The translations under genes were made by a program, and so were the position numbers. A stretch of DNA of 63,481 nt, the filler included, from Octopus bimaculoides (taxonomy: Eukaryota): NCBI RefSeq assembly GCF_001194135.2. It is 7 parts of 6 records of this genome, joined end to end, with 100 filler letters (N's around TTAATTAATTAA, not from the genome) between each part and the next. Parts side by side here need not be neighbours in the genome. Positions count along the whole stretch, not along the records: positions 24,304 to 54,657 come from NC_068991.1; 6 more parts are not named here. One strand, written 5' to 3'. The notes under the pieces were generated by a model. It made no database searches. It saw nothing but the letters and a program-made list of their open reading frames with translations, and had not been told where the DNA came from. Of the stretch, positions 37,019 through 51,020 are shown piece after piece (positions within the stretch are counted from its first letter, which is position 1; every line of letters starts with the position of its first letter).

Positions 37019-37530
37019 GTTTAATGTCTGCTTTCCATGCTAGCATGGGTTGGATGATTTGACTGAGGACTGGTGAAACCGGATTGCAACACCAGGCTCC
37101 AATCTAATTTGGCAGAGTTTCTACAGCTGGATGCCCTTCCTAACGCCAACCACTCAGAGAGTGTAGTGGGTGCTTTTACATGTCACCCGCATGAAGGCCA
37201 GTCAGGCAGTACTGGCAACGGCCACACTCAAAATGGTGCATCTTATGTGCCACCCGCACAAGAGCCAGTCCAGGGGCACTGGCAACGATCTCACTTGGCT
37301 TGCCGGGTCTTCTCACGCACAGCACATTTCCAAAGGTCTCGGTCAGTAATCATCGCCTCGGTGAGGCCCAATGTTCGAAGGTCTTGCCTCACCACCTCAG
37401 CCCAGGTCTTCCTGGGCCTACCTCTTCCACAGGTTCCCTCAACAGTTAGGGTGTGGCACTTTTTCACGCAGCTATCCTCATCCATTCTCACCACATGTCC
37501 ATACCAGCGCAATCAGATGCTTCTTATGTG
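36992..37530 (-). mobile_element. RTE-clade LINE 3' end with full 3' UTR and (ATG)n tail
   Basis: ORF 37291-37512 RWYGHVVRMDEDSCVKKC...GRGRPRKTW...DRDLW, then UTR ending catgctagcatggaaagcagacattaaacgatgatg; UTR-only copies at about 14965-15137, 19375-19565, 41720-41950, 44395-44585, 51235-51335, 52920-53230. Confidence 0.9.
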
Positions 37531-38999
37531 CAGCTTTTCTCTCAAGATACTTACACTCTGCTGCTACACCAGTCATTGGATATGACTCCTGTAGAAATAC
37601 CTTAGTAAAATAATGTAAAAAGCACTGCTAACACAGTAGAATGGTGTATTGACTTATAAAAATATTTATTATACTTTATAGTATATTATGGTTGCATAAC
37701 AAAATACAACCTACCTATAGAATATCTGTAGAAATAACCTTAACAAAATAATGTAAAGCACACTGCTAACACAATAGAATGTGGTATTGACTTATAAAAA
37801 CATTTAATATTCTTTATAGTAGATTATGGTTGTATAACAAAATACAACATACCTACAAATCACTAGTCTTTACATACCAGCTCCTGGAATGCATTTAATA
37901 TGTAAATTGGTACCCCCAATAACTTAACACCGCTGTATGTGGTGGCTATATAAACAGTGTGTTCAGAGAAGAGAATGGGTTAGATGGGTACTGATGAAGG
38001 GGCAAAACCCCCCGAGATATGGCATATACACTCATTACCCATTTTTTGTCTTTGATCTTATTGTTTGTTTACATCTGAAATCTTGATACAAAATGTTGTA
38101 GCAAAAATCAGTGCTGGCTATAATTTCTGTAGAACATCTGTAGAAATAACCTTAACAAAATCATATTTGTGTTAAAGACACAAAATAGAAGAGAGCCATA
38201 TGAATTGAGGACACTTTAGAAAATAAAGGAAAATATAAAAATAGCTGAATACATTGAAATAACTATTGATTTTAATCCAGATTATTATACATATGTTACA
38301 GACCTTTTGTTACATAAAGGGGTGTTTTGATACTCTTCTAGCTGATAGCATTTAAGTCTATGAGATTGGTGAGCAGGCAAAATCATTAACATGACAAGTA
38401 AAATGCTTAGCAACATTTCTTTCTGCTTTATGTTCTGAGTTCAAATTTGACTATACCCTTTATCCTTTCAGGGCCAGTAAGATAAGTATCAGTTAAGCAC
38501 TGGGAATCAATGTATTTGACTCGCCCCTCCCCCAAAATTTCAGGCCTTATGCCTATAGCAGGAAGAAAAAAAACATTTAATTTTTTATACAAAAACTGAG
38601 GGAAGATTTTGAATTTTAGACTTAGCAGTAATAAAAGTGTTTTAATATTATTTGAATTTCATCGGAAATTTGTAGAATATTCTATAAGGTACTTTATTTT
38701 TCTCAGTATTAAAGATATATGTCTGTTGATTATTTAATAATTTTGTGAATCACCTATAGTACAAAGAACAAAACAACAAATTAATTATTACTCTCAGAAG
38801 AGCAGGAAAATGTTAAAGTTTGCTGGTTCAGGATTCTTTAAACGCTTCCAAAGAAAAAAAGTGGAATAATTTATTTTTACTAAAAAATGTGCTAATAAAG
38901 ATAAACTAGAGAATTCAATGATACTTGATATGAAGGTCTAGCAAAGGAAAAGGTGAATCATGAAATAGTTTTCTTTTGAATTTATTGCAATCAGCACAT

Positions 39000-39490
39000 C
39001 ATCATCATCATCACAATCATTATTTAGCGTTCCTTTTCCATGCTGGCATGGATTGGCTAGTTTGACAGGAGCTGGCCAGACTTCAGTTATCTGTTTTGGC
39101 ATGGTTTCTATGGCTGGATGCTTTTTATATGGCACTGCCATGAGTGCATTTTACCTGGCACTGGTACCTGCAAGACAAAGACTTCTCAGCTGAGAGAGCT
39201 TGTGGGGGCATAGCCATAAATGACATGCCTGTATGTATAGATGTCTGTAATTTCACATAGTTTGATGTGTCTTCTCAAATACAGCAAATCATCACAAGTC
39301 CCGGTCCCTTGTCATCTCTTCAGTGAGGCTCAATATCTGAAGATCCTTTCTCCCACGTCTTCCTGTGTCTACTGCTTCCACAGGTCCCTTCACAATTAGA
39401 GATCAGCACTTCTTTAAGCAGCTATCCTCATCCATACGCATCACATGTCCATACCAGTACAATCTTTTCACCTGCACACAACATCCGATG
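39000..39490 (-). mobile_element. Diverged RTE 3' end (same family as 36992-37530)
   Basis: Minus gtactggtatggacatgtgatgcgtatggatgaggatagctgc (WYGHVMRMDEDSC) followed by the same UTR. Confidence 0.75.
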
Positions 39491-42400
39491 CTTCTTATAC
39501 ACAGTTTTGTTCTTAAATCCAATATCAAAAATCATAAACAGAATGAACTAGAATCAGTACTGAATAAAATACACACTGTTCCACCGGTGAATGGGAATAT
39601 GTCATATGGTTAGATGAGATCAAAACCGAATTGAATGACAGGGATAAAGGAGGAGAATTAAGATATACAACAACCAAGATTTAATCATTTAGTAAGGCTT
39701 ATAAGGATTTCATTTAAATCTGTGTTCAGCTTAAAGGATGTCATTGTTTTTGGAAATCATAGAAGGCTCTATAAAATATAGTGCATACTTTGTAAAAATT
39801 CATGATTTGTATATAAAAATTGTAATAAAGTTCATCTCAATAATGAGCTGGCTAAGATAGCAAGCTGGCAAAATCATTACTTAGCAGCATTTCTTTACAT
39901 TCTGAGTTCAAATTCTGCCAAGGTCAGCTTTGCCTTTCATCCTTTTGGGGTTGATAAAATAAGTACCAGTTGAGCAACAGGATTGATGTAATTGACTTAC
40001 CCACTTCCCTAAAATTGTTGGCCTTGTGCCAAAATTTGAGACCAATTATGAGCAGAACTTCAAACCTAATTATTAATCCCATTTGAAAGTACAATAAATT
40101 ATAAATCAATAACAAAAAACTTTTTCAACAACCATTAGTAAAAATGTAGTTTAACCCTCTAAATGTGAAATTACATTTGGTAGTTATTCCAGTAATGAGG
40201 TTAAAAATCTACTAAAAGATTGCAAGTCATAAACTTGACATCTCAAAAAGAAATAGTTTCAACAATAACATTCCTCTACAAAAAATAGATTGTAGTTAAG
40301 GGTAATGAAATTTGAGTGGATATATCTGATATCTGGAATAAAAGGGTTAAATATGCAATAATTTCAGTTCCAATTTTGCAAAATTTAGTTGTGATTCAAA
40401 AGAGTAAAGGTAATGTGGATTATAAGGAATATTACTGATTATTGATTCTTATTTCTTTAATAATTTTTTATAGACATTCTTAATCTGTTTCTGCACCTCT
40501 CCTTTATTGAGGTATTTAAAAAAAATATTTTTGATCAAGTAAAATATGCATATTGTAGCTTTGTACCAAAAATGCAAATCATTTATCCAATGGAGATGAC
40601 TGGAATAGTAAAACATTGGGACTAAATGCAATGCATCACATTTTTATATCTCATAGTTCAAATCCCACTGGGATCAACTTTGTCTGTCTTCTGTCCAGGG
40701 TCAAAAAATTTAGTATTAGTAATATACTTTATCAAATCAATTCAGCATGTTCATTTTCCTTACAAAGGTTGATCTTGTACCTAATTAAAAATCATCATTA
40801 TTAATATTGTTGTGCGGTTTCCATCTCCTCACTTCATAGTCAGCCCTGACTATGGTACAGGATCAGCCACTCAATTTCTTCATGATACAGCAGGTAAGAT
40901 GACAGATTCAAGTTTGTTGTATCACAACTTTCAAAATTTAGGGCCTAAAACTTTGATGAAAACTGTCCAACTACAAACTATCTCCTAAAACTGTTTCTGG
41001 ACTGGTGATTTATTTTTACATTGTACGAAGTCAGTTATTTGTGGAGGTATAGATATGGGGCTCTTTCCTAGGGTTTTTTACTATAACAGGTTAGTCTCTT
41101 TCCTTATCTGCATAAAGCAGCAAAGGGTTCTCCACATTTGAGTGTTCACAAACACGTTAAATATAAATGTACACAGCTTTATTTTAATCATTGCTGCTCG
41201 GTGTGCCTTCAGTTTATCAATTCCAGTTTGATAAAGTTTGTGCACACTAGCAAATTTATCATTTACTGTTTGCATACAAGCATGGCGCTCTCACCTGTTT
41301 CCAAGCAAGGTAATATTTCCCCATGGTTGAACATGTTTTTCACTGAAGATTGGAAATTAATGACACTGCTTGTATGACAGTAACACTTGTTAACTAGTGT
41401 GAGATCATGACAAGGAGACACACATACACATTCATGTATCTATACAGCAGGTTTCTTTGAGTTTCTATCTACCAAATCCACTCACAAGGCTTTTGTCAAC
41501 CCAGGGCTATAGTAGAAGACACTTGTTCAAGGTGCCATGTAGTGGGACTGATCCTGAAACCATGGGCTTGGGAAATGAACTTCCTAACCATACAAATTAC
41601 TTTACAAATTACTTGGTATGGTCTGATGCTTTTACTCAAGCAACAATCATCTACACTATTAAACGAAGAGATATATTTGATTTTCAAAACTAAGTTTGAT
41701 GATTGTACAGAAACACAAATATCATCATCATCAACATTTACTGTCCGTTTTCCATGTTGGCATTGGCTGGACAGCTTGACAGAAACTGATAAGGCTTGGG
41801 GCTACGCCAGGTTCCATAGTCTGTTTTGGCTTGGATACCCTTCCTAATGTCAACTACTTAACAGAGTGCACTGGGTGCTTTTTATATGGCACCAGCACCC
41901 ATGCCAATGCTTTTTACATGACACCTGTTGTGGGTGGGTCTTCTTGAGTACAGTAATATGCCACTTAGTTTGTCCTCTGTCATTTAGATTAATCAAAAAG
42001 GTTTGTTCTTAGATATCTTCCAGAACATTCTTATGAAAAAAAAGATAGGGGGGAAAATAAGATTTTGAGGCTTCTTAGCAAGGAAGAGTAATAAAATTGT
42101 TATATATATAACAATTTTATATTTATAAGATTGTTATAATGTCTAACATGACAGATGAAACTTTTTTTTTTTTTGAAGGGAAAGAAAAGTGGGTTCCATA
42201 TGTAACATGAAACTGTGGGTCTGTATCTGGAATGTTTATTCTCAAGGTACAAACATGGGCATGGTTTTTATAGAAGACAAGCAGTTACCCATACATGCAA
42301 ATCCCCACTTCTCCATGCCTCTAATGTCCAAGAAAAAGTAAAAGGGCAATACAGCTTGTTGCGATCAGAATGTCAAGAGCTAAAACAGATCCCATAAGAC

Positions 42401-43302
42401 TAACAACTTTACTAATTCACCACCCTGAACCAGTACTTCTTTGATGGCCTCCAAAAGGGTAAAAGGCAAAATTGTTTTTCATAGGATTTAAATTCAGAGC
42501 ACAAACAGCCAGAACAAATCCCAACTGGCGTTATATCTGATGTTCTAATGACTGCTAATTCTTTGATATGCAAAATAATGTCATTAAATTTCTTTTCTAA
42601 ATCTGATCACGATAAAGAAAAGCATGAATGTCATTAAAAAATCAGCTCTGTATTCTTCCCTACACAAAAATGGTAGTCTGATAGGAGTGAATTTTGAACA
42701 CAGCATATAACTGCTGGTGTAATTTTAGCCTGTTTTTAATGACTTAATCAGAGGAAGAAGAGTAAAACTCTTGACTGTTTTTAGGACCTCCCAAACTTGA
42801 AGAAAGTATTTATCCTTAAACCAATGCCCTGATCTTAATGCTTGCAACAGAGTGAACTTCAGTAAAGGTACCCAGGGATCAGGTGGTACTGTTAAACCAG
42901 GTAATGCATTAAGCCTTAACTATTCAAAATACTTAACATATATGTTTGAAATATGATAATTTTAGAAAGTTTATGAAGTAGACATGTTGACTGCCTATTG
43001 AAAATGTTTTTCTATTTCTGTAAATTTCAGATGTGTTTAATATTTGAATACGTTAAATTTTAAATATTAATATTGGTTTCAAATTTTTGCACATGGCCAG
43101 CAATTTCAGGGGAGGGGTAAGTCGATTATATCAACCCTGTGCTCAAATGGTACTTATTTTATCAATTCTAGAGAGGATGGAAAGCTAAGTCAACCTCAGC
43201 AGCATTTGAACTCAGAATGTAAAGACAGATGAAATACTGCTAAGCATTTTGTCCAGCATACTAAGGATTCTACCAGCATGCCACATTAAATATATTAATG
43301 TA

Positions 43303-43659
43303 TAGGATGGTCTGAAAGTCTTGTCACCCCCTACCGAAAAGTAATAAGAACAACAGAGGAATAATATAATATCAAACACATGTACTGGTTTTAGTATATT
43401 TACTTTCATTGACACTGACACTGTCACACATTGAGAAGGTCTGTATGAGCACCATCATTTTTGTGGCACAAAACAATGCGATACCATCTCCTGTGTGATA
43501 TTTTATGTAGCTGTGCTTTGGTGATTGTTGCAGAGGCTGCCGAAACTGCGTCCTTCAACTATTGGGTATTCTGGTATTGCTCTTGTGAAACCCTCTCGTT
43601 GATAATAGAAACTTAAAAACAATATTTACAGGTGGTGACAAGACTTTCAGACCACCCTG
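43303..43659. mobile_element. About 357-bp Tc1/mariner-type MITE
   Basis: TA-taggatggtctgaaagtcttgtcacc ... ggtgacaagactttcagaccaccctg-TA. Confidence 0.8.
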
Positions 43660-45404
43660 TACACTTTAAGAATAAATTGATATTCTTAAAACTTTTTTTG
43701 CTTTATTACAAAATACTAACTGTAACATTAAACATACTTTCACATACTGGAGTAACTGATATTCTTGGTGCATAGTTTTACATCTGGTACTTATCAAATT
43801 GCTGGATATAATCGGTATTAAAACAGGCTTTAATAAACATTCCATCATAAGATTTAAGTAATAATAGAGAATTGTGTCGAGATAACCATATTAATATGAA
43901 TATAAATAGATTTGATGCATAATAAAAAGACACAAAAGAATAGACATACAATCAACTACCAACACCTATATATGTGTAAATGAGCTCTCCTTAGTTTTAA
44001 TAACAAGTTTTGCAATTATTTGATTCAACTTCTTCCTTGTTGTATTAGAAAGATGTTTGCAACAGAGTAGTCCCCAAACATGTACCCTTAAAATAATCCT
44101 CAGGCACAATCAACCTGACATGGTATGACATATGACAAACCTTACCTTTTGAATTATAGGAACAGTTCATCCATCATATTGTTTCTATCTGTTCAATTTT
44201 ACTCATAACATACTACTGAGGTTATGGTTGTTGACCAAGATACCATACAGTAGTATTGGATCTGAGACTTCTTGATTGTGAAGTGAACTTCTGAATAATT
44301 TGGCCATTCCTGGAACTCACACATGCACCTATATTGTTTGTTTGTCTGTTTTCCCTGCTAGCATGTGCTAGATGGGGAGTTATTAGGTCATCATCATCAT
44401 CGTCGTTTAACATCCACTTTCCATGCTGGCATGGGTTGGACGGTTTGACTGAGGATTGGTGAGTCAGAGGCTGCACCAGGCTCAATCTGATTTGGCAAAG
44501 TTTCTACAGCTGGAGGCCCTTCCTACTTCCTAACACCAACCACTCCGAGAGTGTAGTGGGTGCTTTTTATGTGCCACCGGCATGAGGGATATATATATAT
44601 ATATTTATATATATATATATACACATACATAAATATATATAAAGTGGGACAGACAGACAGATACATAGCGATGTTCAGAGATAATGTCATTTGGCTGTCA
44701 CTCAATGAAGAAGTTAAAAGTAAAATAGAGTTCCAGAGATAGTCCTTTGTTGAACATTAAAGGAAAGTCTAGGAGAGACCGGGAAGAGAATGGAGACAAC
44801 AGAGAAAATAGAAAAAAATAAGAAAGGAAGCCAAGGGCAAGACTCGTATGTTCAAGTTCCAACTAATGGGAAGTATAAGAGGTAATTGTAGTGATAAAGG
44901 AGTGCCTGCTGGGGTGTGCATGTACGTATGTAGTATGTATGTGTATATACTATATGAATTTGTGTATATACTATAGTAATTTGCTCCTGGCTAAGAAATT
45001 CTCTTATTACATCACTAACGAAACAGTATTTATTGTTCACCATCCTGGTAGAAACCCAAACTACATCTTATCTAAACTAATTTCTTTCCTATTTAACTGT
45101 GCTATAACTTTTTGTGTACTTTTATAACTTAATCCATCAGTTGGATGTCTCTGTACTTGCTCCTTTGTATACTTGTGTGTGTGTGCGTGCATGCATGTCT
45201 TTTATCTTTTATCTTGACTTGTTTTGGTCATTAGAACATAGCCGTGCTGGGGCACTGCCTTGTAGAATTTTGATTGAATGAATCAATTCCAGTGTTAATT
45301 TCTTTTAACCATGATACATTTTCTACCGGTCTCTTTTACCAAACTTCTAAGTTACAGGGACATAAAAGCAACAACACTAGTTGTCAAGCAGTGGTGGAGG
45401 ACAA

Positions 45405-46900
45405 CTGCTACAAAAGTAAAGGTGATGCTTTAGATAGAAATAATTTTAGAGGTATCAAATTGTTGGCCCAGGTGATGAAAGTTATGGAGATAATCATAGC
45501 CCAATTCGGGAGAGAGTTAGTCTAGATGAGATGCAGTTTGGTTTTGTGCCAGGGAGAAGCACTACTGATGCTATATTTCTGGTAAGGCAGCTGCTGAAGA
45601 AATACATAGCCAAAGATAAACCTTTGTGCTTGACATTTGTTGACTTGGAGAAAATCCTTTGACAGGATTCCATGATCCCTTATCTTGTGATCAATGCAGA
45701 AACTAGGGATAGATGAGTGGTTGATAAGAGCTGTACAAGCTATGTACAGGGATGCTACAAGTAAGGTGAGGGTTGTCAATGAAGAATTCAGGGTTCACCA
45801 AGGATTGGTGCTCAGCCCCCTTTTGTTCATTAGAGTCCTCTAGGCAATAACAGAGGAATTTAAGACAGGTTGCCCCTAGGAGCTCCTCTATGCTGATGAC
45901 ATTGTTTTCATAGCTGAATCACTACCAGAACTAGAGGAGTTCCAGGTATGGAAGCAAGGTCTAGAATCGAAAGGCCTTAGAGTTAATCTATCAAAGACTA
46001 AAGTCTTACTAAGTAGGAAAGCAGACAAATCACAAATCCCTTCAGGTAGATGGCTCTGCTTGATCTGTAGAAAAGGTGTAGGTAGAAACTCCATAAGATG
46101 TACCTGGTGTAAGCTTTGGACACAAGTGGTGTAGCAATATCAGAGGAAGGTTAAGAAGGAAAATAGCTTTTGTGTATGGAAGATGCACAGGTACAATAAA
46201 CACTGAAAATGTACAGAAAATAGACTCCATCAACTGCCAGGTGAGTAGGCTAGAGGTAGTAGACAGCTTCTGTTATCTAGGTGACCAAGTTAGAAGTGGA
46301 GATGGATGCTTTGAGAGCATAGCTGTGAGAATAAGATTAGGCTGAGAAAAGTTCAGAGAGTTCCTAACTCTGCTGGCAACATAGGGCCTCTCCATCATAA
46401 TGAAAGGCAGATTGTATGATGCCTGTGTGTGAACAGCCATGCTACATAGCAATGGAACATGGGCTATGACAGCTGAGGACATCTACAGGTTCAACTGCGT
46501 GTAAGCATCTTGAGAGAAAAGTTAGGCATAAAAGGCATCAGATGTGGTGTGATGAGTATGGACGAGGACAGCTGTGTAAAGAAGTGCCTATCTCTAACTG
46601 TGGAGGGAACTTGTGGAAGAGGTAGGCCCAGGAAGACTCGGGACGAGGTGGTGAAGCATGATCTTCGAACTTTGGGCCTCACAGAGGCAATGACTAGTGA
46701 CTAAGACCTTTGGCATTATGCTGTGCTTGAGAGGACTCTTCAAGCCAAGTGAAATCATAGTCATGACTGATGCTGGTGTCATGTAACTAGCACCCATGCT
46801 GGTGGTACATAAAAAGCACCTTTTGAGCATTGGACTTCACTGAGGCAAAGTGGTTGATGTTGGTGGTACATGTGGAGGAGTTATTGTTACAGTTATTTCA
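45405..46900 (+). mobile_element. 5'-truncated, decayed RTE LINE (RT domain, PHD-like finger, C-terminus)
   Basis: NNFRGIKLL, DEMQFGFVPGRSTTDAIF, FVDLEKSFDRIP, ELLYADDIV, FCYLGD and GRGRPRKT spread over frameshifts. Confidence 0.9.
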
Positions 46901-48199
46901 TTAATTTTTATCTAATTTGCATGAAAGGTTTTCACTTCCAGATGGATATTCTAAATTATTGATCTTCCTGTATATGGCCTACTTCAATGATAATATAGGA
47001 GTTATTGTTACTGTTATTTCCTTAATTTTTATCTAATTTGCATGAAAAGTTTTCACTTCCAGATGAACATTCTAAATTATTGATTTTCCTGTATATGGCA
47101 TACTTCAATGATAGTATGAAACAGCTGTTTCTTCTATGTCCAATTGTATAGCACTTTAAACTCTAGTGACTCAGTGTTTGTATTTGCATTTTCAATTTTT
47201 GTATGTGTGTTGGAGTATTTTTGTTCTGCATTGATTGATTAGTGTTGTTACTATTGTCAACGTTTCCTCCATTTTAGCTCATTGCAGAAGCATTGGTTAT
47301 AACTGTTGTTTAAATATTGGTGCTCACTTAGAATTAAAAAAATAGGGGAATGCTTTTATCTGTTATAGAACGAGGATACCTTTTATTAAATGGTGTATGA
47401 ACCTTTTTACTATGTTTGCTAATCCCTGTATGAATTTTGTGTGAATTTAGTAATGTATGTTTTCATTGTTCGTCTTGGTAATTTGTGAGGTTGAGCTCAC
47501 TTACTGATGAATTGACAGAGTTAGTAAACAGTTTAGAAGAGATACTTTTTTTTTATAAAGTGAAGTTGCTGAATTGCTTAGTTTTTTTCCTTTATACAAC
47601 AAAATACAGCATTTTTCAGTTTCATGTAAGCTTGACTAAAGCTTGTGATCTTTCAATTATGAATTTGTTTTGCATGAATTTTAATCTGAAACTATGTGTT
47701 AAGACTAATAGTGATATATATGTGGAAAACTGTGTTGAAGCCTATAAATGTACTCACTGGTTGTGATTCACTCCTTATTTTCAGTTTTATTCCCAGAAAT
47801 TTAGCCACTTTTCTTGTGACCATCTCAATGAGTTTAAACTCTCCAACTAATTTTGGTTGTTTGTTATACTCTTCTGTCTCATCTCTACAGTAAGTGTGTG
47901 AGCTGTTGTTGCACCACTTTTCTAGTTCCATTTTATTTATTTATTTATTTTGTCTGCTTGCTTTGTTGTTACTAACATAAGAAACATGTGTGTGTTGTGT
48001 ATATTTGTATGTTGGTTGATTTTAGTGGCTTTTAATCTTATAATATCCTTATTCTTGTGGTAATGGGTGTTGGTTGTGGAGGTGTTGTTACTCCATTCAT
48101 TCTTTCTATTATGTGGTGGAGACTAGAGTCTGCTTCCTATATTAATTCAGTCTCTGTAAACTGTCATGTGTTTGGAGGTTGTGTGGAAGGAATTTTGAC

Positions 48200-49260
48200 T
48201 TAATTTTTTTTTTATTGATCTGCTATATTTCTGTGCAACATATTAAAGTATGGTTATTTACGTCTTTTCATTATATTTTCACCAATTTCATAGTGACTTC
48301 ATGAATCTTCCTGAATTTTGTTACAACTTTGGTTTTAAGTTTTGTTTCATGGAGTGCTTTTCTAAATTAGTGAGCAATTTCACTTCTGGGCCCTAGCATC
48401 AATGAATCCACACTCCAGAATTTGTTGTCATACCAGGAGCTTTTTCAGTTAAGCTGCATTTTGTTTCCAGAACATTCCAGAATTTGCTCCTGTACATAAG
48501 GGCACACATCATTTGCATCATTGCTGATGATGGTTCCAAACTTTTTCTTGCCGCCTCTCTCTCCAATCCAATTCAATCATTTTATTGATTTCTTTGGGTT
48601 GGTGGGTTTTTGATAATTTATTAATTACATATCTAACATGTATGTATATGAAACATATATAATACAAATCTAAAACTAAAGAAAACATAAACATGAGTGA
48701 AGAAAAAATAGAAGAGAACGAAAAGAGAAAAAGAAAAAAGCAAAAGCAGGCCCTGGTTCTGGTTAATATCCCCTCAGTTCTGTAGCTGGCAGGATTATCC
48801 AGAAGTGATGGGAAGAGACCAGATGGGCTGCTAACAGCAAAGTTCTTCTTATTGTTAGCAGCTCACCCTATTGAGGTGTCATGTGATGTCCATGAGGGTG
48901 CTTGGCTGTTCCAATGCTTTAGCTTCACCATAGCCTGTGGTATAGCAGCAAGCATGTTGGCTTGCTTCAGTAGGTTCTGTTGAACCTTGTGGTATGCAAC
49001 TATTGAAGCACTTAGTGTGGAATCGGTGTTTTTTTTCTTTTTCTTTCTTTCTCTCTCTTTTTTTCTCTTTATGTTTTCTTCTCTTTCTTCACCCATGTTT
49101 GTGTTTTCTTCAGTTTCAGATTTGTATTTTAATGTGGTTTTGTATTATGTATGTTTCATATACATACATGTTATATATGTATTTTATTGGTTGTATCCAG
49201 AAAATTGCATGTGATAGATGAAATCCTGTATATTCTTTCACAGTTTACTGGATGGACTCA
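48200..49260 (-). mobile_element. Decayed LINE-like 5' region with possible CCHC knuckle relic
   Basis: Contains the repeat shared with 21530-22240; around 48370-48440 a frameshifted xWxCGxxGxRSExC pattern can be forced. Weak. Confidence 0.3.
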
Positions 49261-49771
49261 TACATGATACATTTTTCATCAACCTTACTAGATCTGGTAT
49301 TAAGATGTTTAGCTTAGCACTCATTGATATAACAAATCTCTGGAGGACCAGGTGCTTAGTGACCATAAGTTTCCTATAATGTGGTTGAAGGACTTGTTTC
49401 TAGATATAGTTCAAAATATAGAACCAGTAGTCTTTTGTTGAAGTTTTTCTTTATGTTCAACCTGAAGGCTTATAAACATCCTGAAATACTGAGAAACTAG
49501 TAACTGTTTGATAAGCATCAATAGAGATTATCTCTTTTAACACATGATACACCCCATATTGTATCTTTAGTTTTTTTTGTATCTTTTACTTGTCTCAGTC
49601 ATTTGACTGCAGCCATACTGGAGCACCCCAGAACTTATTTTTTAAGCGTAGTTCTTACTCTATCAGTATCTACTGCTGAACCACTAAATTATGGGGATGT
49701 AATAACACCAACACCAACACCGGTTGTCAAGCAGTGGTGGGAAGACAAACTCAGATACAAAGGTACACACA

Positions 49772-49807
<36 letters not shown>

Positions 49808-49829
49808 TATGTATATATCATCATCATCA

Positions 49830-51020
49830 TCATCCTCATCATCTTCCTTTAACATCCATTTTCCATGCTGGCATGGGTTAGACGGTTTGACTGGAACTGG
49901 TAAGCCGGAGAGCTGCACCAGGTTTCAGTCTGTTTTGGCTTGGTTTCTACAGCTGGATGCTCTTCCTAACGCCAACCACTTCAAGAGCATAATGGATGTT
50001 TGTACATACCTTTGGCATAGGTGCCATATGCATGACACTGGCAACGGCCACAACTACAGTTTCACAAGTGCCATTTATGTGACACTGGCAATGGCCACAG
50101 CTATGGTTTCACTCAGCTAGATGAGTCTTCTCAAGCACCGCATATCGTCAAATGTCTTGATCACTTGTCATCATCTATGTGAGGCCCAATGTTTGAAGAT
50201 CACGCTTCACCACCTCGCTCCTTGCCTCCATGGGGCCCAACATTCAAAACTGGCAACAGCCACAACTATGATTTCTCTTGGCTTCACAAGTCTTCTCAAG
50301 CACTGCATATTGCCAAAAGACTCAGTCACTTGTCATCACTTATGTGAGGTCCAACATTCAAAGATCATGCTTCATCACCTCACTCTTCACCTCCATGGGG
50401 CCCAACATTCGAAACCAGCAATGGATATGACTATGATTTTACTTGGCATGGTGAGTCCTCTCAAACACACCATGGTTACATTTTCACTTGGCTTGACAAG
50501 TTCTCTCAAGCACAACATATCACCAAAAATCTCGGTCACTTGTCATCACTGCCTTGTCTTATGTCTTTCTGGGTCTACCTCTTACACAGGTTCCCTCCAC
50601 AGCTAGAGATCACTTCTTTACACAGCTGTCCCTTTCATTTTGAGGGAGAGGCCCTTTGTTACCAACAGAGGTAGGAGCTCTTTGAACTTTGCCCAGTCTA
50701 TTCTTATTCTAACAGCTACGCTCTCGGAGCATCTACCTCCACTGCTGATTTGGTCGCCTAGGTAACAGAGACTATCAACTACTTCTGGCTTACCCCACTG
50801 GCATTTCATGGAGTTTATTTTCTGTACATTTCTAGTGCTATTTTACCTGTACATCTGCTACACACAAAGACTATTTTCCCTGTTAACATTCCTCTGATAT
50901 TGATGCACCTCTTACGTATCCATAGCTTACACTGGATCCATCTTATGAAGTTTCTACCTATGCCTTTTCCACAGATTGAGCAGGGCCATTTACTTCCCTT
51001 CTAGTCCTTCCAATCCTGTT
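49830..51020 (-). mobile_element. Decayed RTE 3' portion
   Basis: ORF 50618-50809 EVVDSLCYLGDQISSGG...RIRIDWAKFKELLPLL parallels 46250-46400; duplicated C-terminal/UTR units; same UTR tail. Confidence 0.85.
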
